Program-made: the position numbers and the translations under genes
The notes under the pieces: model-generated
Told to the model about the DNA's origin: nothing
What the model saw: only the letters and a program-made list of their open reading frames with translations
The model's database searches: none
Shown: positions 21,428 through 32,113 of the stretch, in pieces
Position numbering within the stretch: position 1 is the first letter of the stretch
Layout: every line of letters starts with the position of its first letter
Source of the DNA: Naegleria gruberi
Lineage: Eukaryota
DNA: 64,000 nucleotides
Strand: one strand, 5' to 3'
Assembly (NCBI GenBank): GCA_000004985.1
Contig: GG738853.1

Positions 21428-23233
21428 ATGCCAAAACATAAAAGAGTAGGAAAATATGAACTTTTTGAAAAACTAGGAGAAGGAAACTTTTCTAAAGTAA
21501 AACGAGCCATCGATACTGAAACACAAATTCAATATGCCATTAAAATTGTTGATATTTCAAGTGTGGCTAAAGAGGGAATGGAAAAACAAGTGAGAAATGA
21601 AATTTCGGTTTTAAAACAAATTAAACATCCAAACGTTGTACAATTGAAAGAAGTCCTAAAATCAGCAAATAACATTTACATTGTCATGGAATTGATTACT
21701 GGAGGTGAATTATTCGATAAAATTGTTGCTGCTCGTAAATTTACAGAAGATGTTGCTCGTCGTTATTTCCAACAACTTATTGATGGTATTGCCTATTGTC
21801 ATGCCAATAGAATTGCTCACAGAGATTTGAAACCAGAAAATTTATTGTTGGATTCTCATGATAATTTGAAAATTACAGATTTTGGATTGAGTGGTATGAT
21901 GAAACAAGGTGTCATGTTGGAAACTATTTGTGGTACACCTCACTATGTTGCTCCAGTAAGTATTCATCATCATTATCACCATTTATATATTTATATATTT
22001 CTAATTTCTATTTTGTTATTGTTGTATCATCATCATCATCATGTATTTGTATATATATATCTTTATAATAATAGGAAGTTTTGACTGGTAATTATGATGG
22101 TTTCAAAGCAGATATTTGGTCTTGTGGAATTATTCTGTAAGTAATGACAATATAGCAATTCATGAATAACACAATGGAAATTAAATAGTTTTGTCATGTT
22201 GTCGGGATGTCACCCTTTTGATGGTGAAACTGTCAATGATTTATTCAAGAGAATTGAAAATTTAGAATTTAAATATCCATCACACTTTTCAAAAGAAGTT
22301 CGTGCATTGTTAGATAAGATTATTGTTGTTGATCCGAATAATCGTGCTACAATTGCTGATATTCGATATGATCCATGGTTTAAAATTAATTATAATGGAA
22401 CACTTGATGCCATGCTGTCGAGTGTACCAAATACAAGTAATGACTTGGTTGGTGAGAGTGGTGTTATTCAAAATAATGTTACTCAACCAGCAGCTAGTAA
22501 CACAACAACAGATGCAAGTCAACAAGAAGGAAGCTCACAAACAAATGAAAATTCAGGTACAGAAACAACTCAAGTACCACTTCCTGCTAGAATTGTTGTG
22601 AATAATGAGGATTTGGAGAATGCAGTTCAAGATGTCGATATTAATGATGGTGAGGAGAGATTTGTTGTACAAGATCCAAATCAACAACGTGTTCCACGTG
22701 GAAATAGAGGTCAAAAAGTTGATCCATCACGTCGTCGTTTAATGACAGGAGGTACTAATGGAAGTAGTACTGAAAGAATGTCAATTCGTATGCAAAATAT
22801 GGAACAATTGAATGCTTTCGAATTGATTGCTGTCATGATGAGAGGTAAATTGAATCCTCTTGTATCAAAGCACTTTACTAGACGTGCCAATCGTTTCTCA
22901 ACTTGTGGACATCCAGATGATTTATATGATAGAATGATTCAATATTTACATGAAAAGAAATTTATTGTACGACCAAAGGAAACTGAATATGAATTCAAGG
23001 CAATTATTAAGAACAAATTGCATGAAATGAATTTTGCAGTTCAATTCTTTATTGTATCATTCGAAATGATCATTGTGGAGGTTATCAGGTTGAAAGGAAA
23101 CATTTTGAAATTCCAAGAAATTTTCCGTGAACTTCAATCACTATTCGATTATGAAGCTCAAAAGAAGATTCTCTCACGTCCAAATAACTCTATAATATCT
23201 GTAACTAGCAGTCATGATTCCAGTAAGCAATAA
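21428..23233 (+). CDS. Ser/Thr protein kinase, SNF1/AMPK-related (CAMKL) with a KA1-like C-terminal domain, 3 exons: 21428..21955, 22075..22136, 22189..23233, about 544 aa
   Basis: Kinase subdomains GEGNFSKVK, AIK, HRDLKPENLLLD, DFGLS, GTPHYVAPEVL, DIWSCGIIL. Introns of 118 nt (CAT-repeat-rich) and 52 nt with GTAAGT donors. The C-terminus (EYEFKAIIKNKLHEMNFAVQFFIVSFEMIIVEVIRLKGNILKFQEIFREL) resembles the AMPK-alpha/MARK KA1 fold. The ORF-track start at 21317 is a TTG, and the first in-frame ATG is at 21428. Confidence 0.8.
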
Positions 23234-23263
23234 TTATTTATTATCTTTTGTTGTATAAAAATA

Positions 23264-23552
23264 TTATTTATGTAAAATTCTAGTTTCTTCTGGCATTCTC
23301 AAATCAATCATTTCTTGCATTGAACTTGAATCGATAATATCCATATCATCTCCATTTCTTTGTATTCTTGATTCTATATTAACTTGATCAAAAGTTTGTT
23401 TGGGATTACCCATTTCTTCTTGGGTTTTATTGAATCGGTCAACTTGCTCCTAAAAGTGTTAACAAAATGAATTATTATTCGAAAGAGGTGCAATGCAACT
23501 TTACCTTACAAACAATGCTGTGCTTTGAGGTATTCTGAATAGTGTTGGACAT
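23264..23552 (-). CDS. Small acidic protein (about 77 aa), 2 exons: complement(23505..23552, 23264..23449). It was not in the ORF track because it is split by an intron
   Basis: ATG at 23552 (MSNTIQNTSKHSIVCK). Donor AAG|GTAAAG, 55-nt intron 23450..23504, acceptor cttttag. Exon 2 reads EQVDRFNKTQEEMGNPKQTFDQVNIESRIQRNGDDMDIIDSSSMQEMIDLRMPEETRILHK*. No family assigned. It converges on the kinase gene 3' end, 30 bp away. Confidence 0.3.
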
Positions 23553-23829
23553 TTTTTATTGAGAAATTAACTGTGTGAATCTTGGAAACTATTAATAAAT
23601 GATAATTTTTCGAAAATGGAAACTTGACTGATTTGAATTTTATACATGTTAGGATTCAATTCCCATTTCAAAAACTCTACTACTTGAAATAAGAGTTGAA
23701 ATCAAAACTTGACAATTTCATAGTTGTTGAAAAATTAAAATTTAAAATAAAATAAAAAAATTTAAAAAATTTGTTCCGAAAGTATTAATCTTCCTATTCT
23801 CTTATCCAGTATACTAGAGCATTCCTACC

Positions 23830-26697
23830 ATGTTCAACAATGAACAATTATTATTGATAATTTATTCATTGGCAATACTTGCTTTCATCATTATTATTTT
23901 GTGCTATTTAAAAAAAATGTCTACATCAGCTAAGCCTTCCGTTCAAGAAATTCAAAAGGTTTACGTCCTTGTTGATGAAAGAAAGGATGTGAATGCTCTT
24001 AAAGAATGTGATGCCATGTTGCAAAAGTATCCAGAGTCTAGTGTTTTTCTCTCATTCAAGGCTTTAATTTTGATGAATTTAGGAAAGAGAAAGGAATCTA
24101 TTCAACTTGTTGATGATGTTTTAGCACAAAAGAAGATGGAATTTCACGATTTTATTCTCCGAACATTGAGTATGGCTTTGGAAAAGGTACACGATTATAA
24201 GAGAATTGCAGAATTATATGAAAAAGTATATAATGCCATTCCGGCTCAAGCAATTACACAATATGAAGATGTGATTGAAAAGTATTTCTATAGTTTGGTA
24301 AGAAGTAATCAAACTGAAAAACAACAAACAACAGCTGCCAAACTTGCTCGTGCCTTCCCTGATAATCAACTTTATTCTTATTGGAATATTTGTAGTATGT
24401 TACTTATTGGAAAGGAAAAACCTCTTCTCTTCAAATTGGCATCTAAAATGTTAGAAAAGGAATTTTCACTTGAAAACAAAGATGTTAAAAAATTAGATGG
24501 TGTTATTTATTCGGAAAGATTGAGATTATACATTGAATCTGTATTGAATGCCACCAGTGATTATGAAGGTATTATCAAATTGATAATTAATGATGAACCA
24601 TGGGGAAAGGAACTTGAACCTCTTCCATTTGATAGAAAGGCAATTCTTGCTGGATATTGTTTAAAGGTTGAAAAGTATTATACTTTAGCCAATGGTATTT
24701 ATACTCATCTTTTGGAAAATGAAGATTCTGATGAATGGCCTTGGTGGTTGGGATTGATTCAAAGTACATTGTTGGCTATTCAAACAGGACAAAGTACTAC
24801 CTCTATGGAATGGGAAGGGAAAACATTGAATTGTCACACCTCTATTGAATCATTACATAATTTTATTAAATCTCACCAAAATAGCAAGGATAAGAGAGGT
24901 CCATACTTGGCAGAATTGGAATTAATGAAAGTTTTGAAACAAAAGCAAATGAATGACTACAAATTTGAAAAGGAGGCCAACGAATTAATTATCAACTATT
25001 TCAAGACATTTGGATCAAGAAAGATTTGCTACGACGATCTTAAGGTATACCTCGAACTGGTAGCCGATCTTAGTCAACTTTTGTCAAAAATTTATTCTTC
25101 AATTGATTCATTGAAAGTTAATCAAATTGACAAGATTGAATATCAAATTACCTTCTTCAAGATCCAAAGACATACAAAGCAAAATGTTTGCTGTGCAACA
25201 GAGGATGAATTGATTACCACCCTCGTTTCAAACTATGCCCAAGCCCTTCCTCTTGGTAAGAATTTACTTGAAACTGATAGTCAATATGGTGATGAGTTTT
25301 TATTGATTGCTGCTCACTATCTCTTGGATAGAAAGGAGTATACTTCAGCAGTTATTCTTTTGGAGCTTGCCTTGAAGAGATCCAAGTACAACTTCCACTT
25401 CAAGGTTCTTTTAATTAGAGTCTATGCAACCATGAGGTCATTATCATCACGAGCATTTACTATCTTTTTGAATGAATTGGATGTCAAGCATATCCAATAT
25501 GAAAGTATCAGCTATTTAATTTATCATGACTTGATGGGAGTTGGTGTTTGTGATAGAGGTGTTAAGGTTGCTGAAAAGATTCTCAAATTCTACGACTCTG
25601 AACATAGACTTTACACTTCACAATATCTTGCTCTTCCATATCAAAAACAAAGTTGGTCCAAGATTGAAGAAATGACAAAGTTCAACAGTAGAATCGATAA
25701 TTCTTACTCTATTGCTAAAGCTCAAATTGACAAACTTTATCTCAAGCTTGTTTTTGATGATGTTCGTTCAGCCAGAGATATTTCAGAACAATTGAATATG
25801 ACTGATTTGGATGATTACATTTATCACTCAGTCAAGTCTTCAGGAAAGTCTTTCTCACACAATGAAGATATCTCAATTCTTAAATATTTCGGTAATGAAG
25901 ATTTGAAGAATAATATTTTAATTCCAAAAGAGCTTGTTGAAAGACCATCATTGGACGAATCTTTCACAAAACTCAGAATTATTGAAATTATTTCTGACTT
26001 TGTAGCCAACAAGGAAATTTCAGTATCCAAACCACCTATCCAAATTATTAATCCAAAGAAGAAGAAATCAGAAAAGGAAAATCTTGAACATGCTGCTAAA
26101 GTTAAGGAACACGAAAGAAAGGTTGAAAATGCCAAGAAGGCTTTGATGAAACTCAAAGAAAAGGCAGAGAAATTATTGAAATCTATTGAAGGACTTAATT
26201 TACCGATCTATGTTTCTCAAATAATCAACTATATCATTTCTCTCGTTGGTGATGAAACCCCAAAGACTGACTTGTTGGACTCTTTCATTCAAACTTTTGG
26301 ATCGATAGACTTTTTGCAAAATAAGGATAACTTACACTTATTGACCCATGAAATCATTTGGGGACTTACATTCTTCCAATTTATTTATTCTCTCATCAAA
26401 GATTTGGGAGCCAAGTCAGACAAGACATATGCCTCTCTTCTTCTTAAATTCAAATCCACACTTTTACAAAAGGCCACACAAATTGATACATTCATCAGGG
26501 AGAGCAGAAAGAACATCACTACCCTCTCGGAGAATACCTCAATTTCTCACTTTTTCACTTCCCTATCATCCTATGATTGGGATGTTGTCTCCAAAGAAGT
26601 TTTATTGGACCTCAACAGTCAAGTTCATAAGGGTGGCTACTTGAACAATAAGATTGAACAAATTATCAGCAGTATGGTATTCCAATACAGTAAATAA
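23830..26697 (+). CDS. NAA25: TPR-like helical protein, probable N-terminal acetyltransferase B (NatB) auxiliary subunit (NAA25/Mdm20-like), about 955 aa (alternative ATG at 23917)
   Basis: The N-terminal region (LKECDAMLQKYPES...; YSYWNICSMLLIGK compared with YYFWSVMSLIMQ) parallels NAA25. Single long exon. The first 29 codons are hydrophobic and may be UTR. Confidence 0.5.
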   Translation: MFNNEQLLLIIYSLAILAFIIIILCYLKKMSTSAKPSVQEIQKVYVLVDERKDVNALKECDAMLQKYPESSVFLSFKALILMNLGKRKESIQLVDDVLAQKKMEFHDFILRTLSMALEKVHDYKRIAELYEKVYNAIPAQAITQYEDVIEKYFYSLVRSNQTEKQQTTAAKLARAFPDNQLYSYWNICSMLLIGKEKPLLFKLASKMLEKEFSLENKDVKKLDGVIYSERLRLYIESVLNATSDYEGIIKLIINDEPWGKELEPLPFDRKAILAGYCLKVEKYYTLANGIYTHLLENEDSDEWPWWLGLIQSTLLAIQTGQSTTSMEWEGKTLNCHTSIESLHNFIKSHQNSKDKRGPYLAELELMKVLKQKQMNDYKFEKEANELIINYFKTFGSRKICYDDLKVYLELVADLSQLLSKIYSSIDSLKVNQIDKIEYQITFFKIQRHTKQNVCCATEDELITTLVSNYAQALPLGKNLLETDSQYGDEFLLIAAHYLLDRKEYTSAVILLELALKRSKYNFHFKVLLIRVYATMRSLSSRAFTIFLNELDVKHIQYESISYLIYHDLMGVGVCDRGVKVAEKILKFYDSEHRLYTSQYLALPYQKQSWSKIEEMTKFNSRIDNSYSIAKAQIDKLYLKLVFDDVRSARDISEQLNMTDLDDYIYHSVKSSGKSFSHNEDISILKYFGNEDLKNNILIPKELVERPSLDESFTKLRIIEIISDFVANKEISVSKPPIQIINPKKKKSEKENLEHAAKVKEHERKVENAKKALMKLKEKAEKLLKSIEGLNLPIYVSQIINYIISLVGDETPKTDLLDSFIQTFGSIDFLQNKDNLHLLTHEIIWGLTFFQFIYSLIKDLGAKSDKTYASLLLKFKSTLLQKATQIDTFIRESRKNITTLSENTSISHFFTSLSSYDWDVVSKEVLLDLNSQVHKGGYLNNKIEQIISSMVFQYSK

Positions 26698-26788
26698 ATT
26701 TATCATGTTACCAACAGCTACTTGACAATCAACTTGATCTGTTGAATATTGGAGTGTTCTAAAGTATCAAACCCTTACGAGAAAAAAA

Positions 26789-29700
26789 ATGGTAGTTCTC
26801 TCCCTTAAAAAAACCAATGTAAGTTTTTGGTTTCATTGATCATGAGGATCATCATTGTTAAAAATAGGGCGTGGAGGACATGATCCTTCTAAGGAATGCA
26901 ACTGATAATGATATTGTTAATAATTTAAGAACAAGATACATTAATAATACTATTTACAGCTATATTTCTGATGTATTAATTAGTGTAAATCCATATGAAC
27001 CAATTCATGGATTATACAGCCACGAGCAAGTCGATATCTACAAGAATAGATATTTCAATGAGGTTCCTCCTCACTTGTATGCTATTGCCGAGAAGGCTTA
27101 CAGAAACTTACAAAGTAAGTTTATATTTATGAGAATTCAAATTAATCAAACTTTATATTAAGAACATTTAAAAAGTCAATGTATTATAATTTCAGGAGAA
27201 AGTGGAAGTGGAAAGGTTTGTTTATAAATTTCCTTCTTACTAATTTAAGTTTCAGACTGAGGCATGTAAAGAAATATTAAAATACGTTTCCATTGTGAGT
27301 GGAAATGATGAAGATGTTCTCCGAGTGAAGAATATTATTTCAGAGAGCAATCCATTGTTAGAAGCCTTTGGTAATGCTAAAACAACTCGAAACGACAATT
27401 CATCAAGATTTGGAAAATATTTTGAAATCATGTTTGATAGTATTGGAAAACCTTTAGGGGGTGAGATTACTATTTATTTGTTGGAAAAGAGTAGAATATG
27501 TAATGTACCAAAAGGAGAACGAAGCTTTCATATTTTCTATCAAATGATAAGAGGAATAGATTCAAAGATTAAGGATGCCTTGGGAATTTTAAATATTGAA
27601 GAGTATTACTTTCTAAATCATTCAAATTGTGATTCAATTTCTGGTGTGAACGATGCCGAAAGATTTCAAACAACAGTCGTAAGTTTCAGCACAAATATGC
27701 AATTTTAATTATTATCTAAATACAGAGAGCTATGACTTCAATGGGGATAGACCAAGAAAATCAGTTAAGAATTTTCAAATATCTTTCTGCTATCTTGTTA
27801 TTGGGTAATTTACAATTTTCTGAAAATGGAACATCAACAAAAGTTATCAATAGAAAGCATCTTTTAAAATGTGCCAGTTTGCTAAACATTGATGAAACTC
27901 TTCTTGAAGGAGCAATGACAAAGAGAATTATATACGCTGAAGGTCGTCCAATAGAAACTCTTCACAATTCTATTCAAGCCAAGAATACAAGAGATGCTCT
28001 TGCTAAACTGATTTATGAAAGAGTTTTCCATTTTGTTTTGAAAAATGTAAATAATGCCATGAAATGCTCAGACTTTGATTTGACTATTGATATTTTGGAC
28101 ATTTATGGATTTGAAGTGTTTGAATCAAATTCTTTTGAACAATTAATAAGCAACTATGTGAATGAAAAATTGCAAAACATATTCTCAGATATGGTTATAA
28201 AATCAGAAATTGATGAATATGAGGAGGAGGGAGTTCCACACAGTACTGGAAACCATGTCAGCAACAAACCTATTTGTGAGTTAATTGATGGTAACAATCC
28301 ACCAGGGATAATGGCTTTATTAGATAGCATTTGTGCATACTCAAGTGCAGAAGATTCCTATGAGGCTGATAAGAAGTTTTTGGAGGCCCTCTCAACGATC
28401 AACAATAAGAATTTCTCTAAGAGATCCAACAGCTTTATTGTTGAACACTATGCTGGTCCAGTTTCATACAATGGGTTTTCTTTTACAGAAAAGAATAAGG
28501 ATTCATTGTCGAGGGATGTTATCTCGTGTATTCAAAGTACAAATGATAATCTGCTGTATAGGTTCTTCCCTGACAATACAGACTCAAAGAAAAGACCACC
28601 AACTGCTTCTGCAAAGATCAGAAAGAGCATAGATGAGTTGATTCAATCTATCTCAATAAGAGAAACTCATTATATTAGATGTATAAAACCAAACGAGACA
28701 AAGCAACCAAGGCAATTAGATTTAAAGAAAGCACTTCACCAAGTTAAATATTTAGGATTATTGGAAAATGTAAAGTTAAGAAGGAATGGCTATTGTTACC
28801 GAGACAGTTTTGCAGAATTTTTCAACAAATATCGTGTTTTGTTTAGAAATACTGTAGACTGGAGTGGAAGTATTGAACAAGGAGCGCTTGCTATTTTATC
28901 TGATTGTGACATTCCTTCCACAGAGTATTTCATTGGAAAGTCAAAAATCTTCCTGAAATCACCTGCATCTGTGGCTGTCTTAGATGAATTAATGGATAGA
29001 TATTACCACAGCAAAGCTACAATTATTGCAAGAGCATTTAGAAGATACCAATTCAAAAAATACTTGCAAAGTTTGAAAGCCAAAGCATTAGATGTTTTGA
29101 GAGACAAGAAACAAAGAAGAAGAAATTCGGTTTGTAGAGAGTATCGAGGAGATTATTTGGACTTTTTTAATAATGCTCAATTATTAGAAATCATGCAACC
29201 TTACAAACATGAAGGTGGAGTTTTCTTTGCTGATCATTTCAAAAGACCAAAGGCAAAACTCTTCAAATCAGAACCAGCAATGGCTAGATTACAAGGAATA
29301 ATTACTCAAAAAGCAATCTACTTTATATCCAGATCAAAAGTGAAGGAAAGATTTTGTTTGTCCATCTACAAGAGAATCCCATTTTCTCAATTGGATTGTG
29401 TAATATTATCAAATCTTCCAGATAATTGGATGTGCATTAAGATTTTGGATGATTGTGCAATTTTCTGTCAGAGTGAACATAAGGTTGAATTCTTGACAAT
29501 ATTGGACGACTTGTACAAAAAGGAAATAGGTGGTGATCTTCACATATTATTTTCGAATGATTACGAATATGAATACAAGAAAAAGAAGTTCAAAAAGGTT
29601 GAATTCATTACAGATTATACTAACAGACACCGTGAATCTGTTATTCAATCAACAAAAACATTCAATTTCCAAATTACTGTTTCCAAAGGTCTCTCCTACG

Positions 29701-30203
29701 AGCAAGTTTGTGAAATTGCAAAGAAATCATTCTCCAAATTAACTAGTTCTCAAAAATCCCATAACTCATCATTTGGATTGGCTCTTGGAAGTTTGGGAAA
29801 TTGTCCTAAATTACCAGTTGTTGTAGAGCCTATTGCAAATGCTCTTCCCCCACCTCTTCCTAAAACAAAGCCAATTGTTATTGACTCAGATGATCAAATT
29901 AAGCTGCCTATTATTGAACAACCACCAACTATTGTTGAATCAAATCAAAATGATGATCCAATTGATGAAAATCAACCAACAAGACTATTAGTTCTGTACG
30001 ACTACCATGCTGCTCTTGAAGATGAGCTCACTCTGAAAGATGGAGATGTTGTTAATCTCATAAAAATGAATTCTGACGGCTGGGGATTGGGAGAGATTGT
30101 TGATCCTGGAGACAGAAAAAAGGTTGGATTTTTCCCGCTTAATTATTGTGTTGATGAAAACTCATTTCTCAATTTCTACTCAAATTCAGATACCTTGCAA
30201 TAA
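26789..30203 (+). CDS. Class I myosin, long-tailed (motor, IQ, TH1, Pro-rich TH2, C-terminal SH3), 5 exons: 26789..26818, 26868..27114, 27163..27215, 27256..27678, 27726..30203, about 1076 aa
   Basis: Exon 1 MVVLSLKKTN splices to GVEDMILL (the conserved myosin head start). P-loop SQCIIISGESGSGKTEACK spans a 53-nt micro-exon. Switch I NAKTTRNDNSSRFGKYFEI and switch II are present. The tail has LPPPLPKTKP and a terminal SH3 (LLVLYDYHAALEDELTLKDGDVVNL...GWGLGEI...GFFPLNYC). Introns are 49, 48, 40 and 47 nt. Confidence 0.85.
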
Positions 30204-31754
30204 TTAAATTATCACTTTGAATGCATTAATAAAGGCTGCTACAATATTAAGGATTAGAATAACCTTGAATGTGGATAGAATTCTTCTATATACTGTCTTC
30301 ACTCTTTCAATTTCTTCTTTAGAAGTTGTGAAATATTGTATGTAGTAAATGAAAAGAGTCTCATATATCTTGGCTCCATCTAAGAATTCGACAGGAGCCA
30401 AATTAAAAACTGCCAATCCAAGAGAAAGAGCTGCCGTATATTCTAACAACTTTTGAGCATAAAATGCCATACCAAGAGTCATAAATTTCGAAAATAGGTT
30501 AATAACCTTTACATCACTGACAACTACCTGACTGAAGAATTGTTCCAAAGTTCCCATATATAATAAGTCTTGTTTTCCTAATACAGATACACGCAATATA
30601 TGAATGGAAGAATCTGAATGAGGTAAAATACATTCGTGATCGTCTGGTTCTGGTACACCATTACACACTGAAAAGACTGTAGTTTGTCTTACATTCATGC
30701 AAACATCTTCCTTTCCTTTAAAACAAAGTAGACTATATCTTTCGTCATCGTTTTCATCAGTGCAACACTTATTATTGTACGATTGCCTTTGTTGTTCTAT
30801 GTGTTTTTTTGGTACCATGAATCCTCTTTTTGATTTCAATTCTTGAATAACCTCCATGAAATTATCCACCTTTGAAATTGAGAGGCCATTAATTGAAAGA
30901 ATATTGTCATACTGATTCAAGTCTCCATAGAGTGGATTTTCCGTATGAACATGCTTTACAAATACTCCATTTGCAGGTCTTTCCACAATCGACAAGAATG
31001 AAGTTGGATTGAAAAATAGAAATAATCCAAATCCAATAATAATACATAAAATAATATTATGCCATACACCTCCACAATAAACCATTAATCTTACAAAAAG
31101 TGGTCTCCTTTCTAAACTTTCAGTTTCAATAGCTACAAATGCACTCGGAAGGAAGTAGAATATTGAAAATCCAAATGATTCAACTTTAACATCATGATAA
31201 TCTGCTGCTATGGCATGTCCAAATTCGTGAACTATTAAACAAACCACCAAAGCAATTATCAGAAGGCTAACCTGATTTAGTGGAATATTAACACCAGGAA
31301 TTAACATCACCATATCCATTTTAGGTAATGTAGGAGCAGCTTCAACACTCTTAGGATGCATATATTCATTTGAAGGAATCAATCCAAACACAAAGTAAAA
31401 TAAATGAAATACCAAAAATGCAGCACAAATCACTAACATTATCATGCTTAAATAAACACCAATCATGAAACTAATCTTGAAAAATCGACTAGCAAGCACA
31501 TTCATCGAATTTCTCATTGCAAATAATTGTTTAGGTAAATATCTAGAAAATCCACTCCATTCGAAAGTAATAAATCCAAATCCATGTTCTGTAATATTAA
31601 ACATTGCACAAAACTCCGAATAGCCTGTCCCATCCGATTTGAAATATTTAATTCCGAAGGGAATCAACCACAATATCGACAATATACAAACAACACCAAT
31701 AAATAACCCGTACGATCCAACAACATCGCCCATCACATCAAGCAATTCTCCCAT
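30204..31754 (-). CDS. Site-2 protease (S2P/MBTPS2-like), M50 family intramembrane zinc metalloprotease with a PDZ and Cys-rich insert (516 aa)
   Basis: HEFGHA (HExxH) within a TM helix, a downstream LDGA motif, multiple TM segments, and a central Cys-rich luminal insert as in metazoan MBTPS2. Real ATG at 31754. Its stop codon directly abuts the myosin I stop codon. Confidence 0.75.
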   Translation of the reverse strand: MGELLDVMGDVVGSYGLFIGVVCILSILWLIPFGIKYFKSDGTGYSEFCAMFNITEHGFGFITFEWSGFSRYLPKQLFAMRNSMNVLASRFFKISFMIGVYLSMIMLVICAAFLVFHLFYFVFGLIPSNEYMHPKSVEAAPTLPKMDMVMLIPGVNIPLNQVSLLIIALVVCLIVHEFGHAIAADYHDVKVESFGFSIFYFLPSAFVAIETESLERRPLFVRLMVYCGGVWHNIILCIIIGFGLFLFFNPTSFLSIVERPANGVFVKHVHTENPLYGDLNQYDNILSINGLSISKVDNFMEVIQELKSKRGFMVPKKHIEQQRQSYNNKCCTDENDDERYSLLCFKGKEDVCMNVRQTTVFSVCNGVPEPDDHECILPHSDSSIHILRVSVLGKQDLLYMGTLEQFFSQVVVSDVKVINLFSKFMTLGMAFYAQKLLEYTAALSLGLAVFNLAPVEFLDGAKIYETLFIYYIQYFTTSKEEIERVKTVYRRILSTFKVILILNIVAAFINAFKVII

Positions 31755-32113
31755 TTTTTTTAAAACTTTAAAAATTAGAATATTTTACAATGATGTAATA
31801 CAAATTACAAAACACGTGTTTTCCATAGTTTATGAAACTGAACATTTAATAGTATTATGGAACAATATTATGAAAACTTCCATTAAAAATCTATTTTCTT
31901 AATAGGAATGACATTATACAATGTAATCGTAATCATCAAATTCCTTACAAAAAAAAATGAGCAGTCACGATGAGGGAAGAGTATTGTTTGTTTCAACAAG
32001 AGGGCAATTAACAAGGAAGTCTTCCACCACTTTGAGTCATACAAAGGAAATAAGTTTTAATAATTCGGAAGAGGTGGCTGTTATTTAAAAATCGAGAATT
32101 ATTTGGGAATGTT

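Noticed and set aside
21956-22073. His-rich translation (HHHYHH...HHHHH) at the end of ORF 21317..22084
   Set aside because: This is the CAT-repeat-containing first intron of the kinase gene (GTAAGT...AG), not coding sequence.
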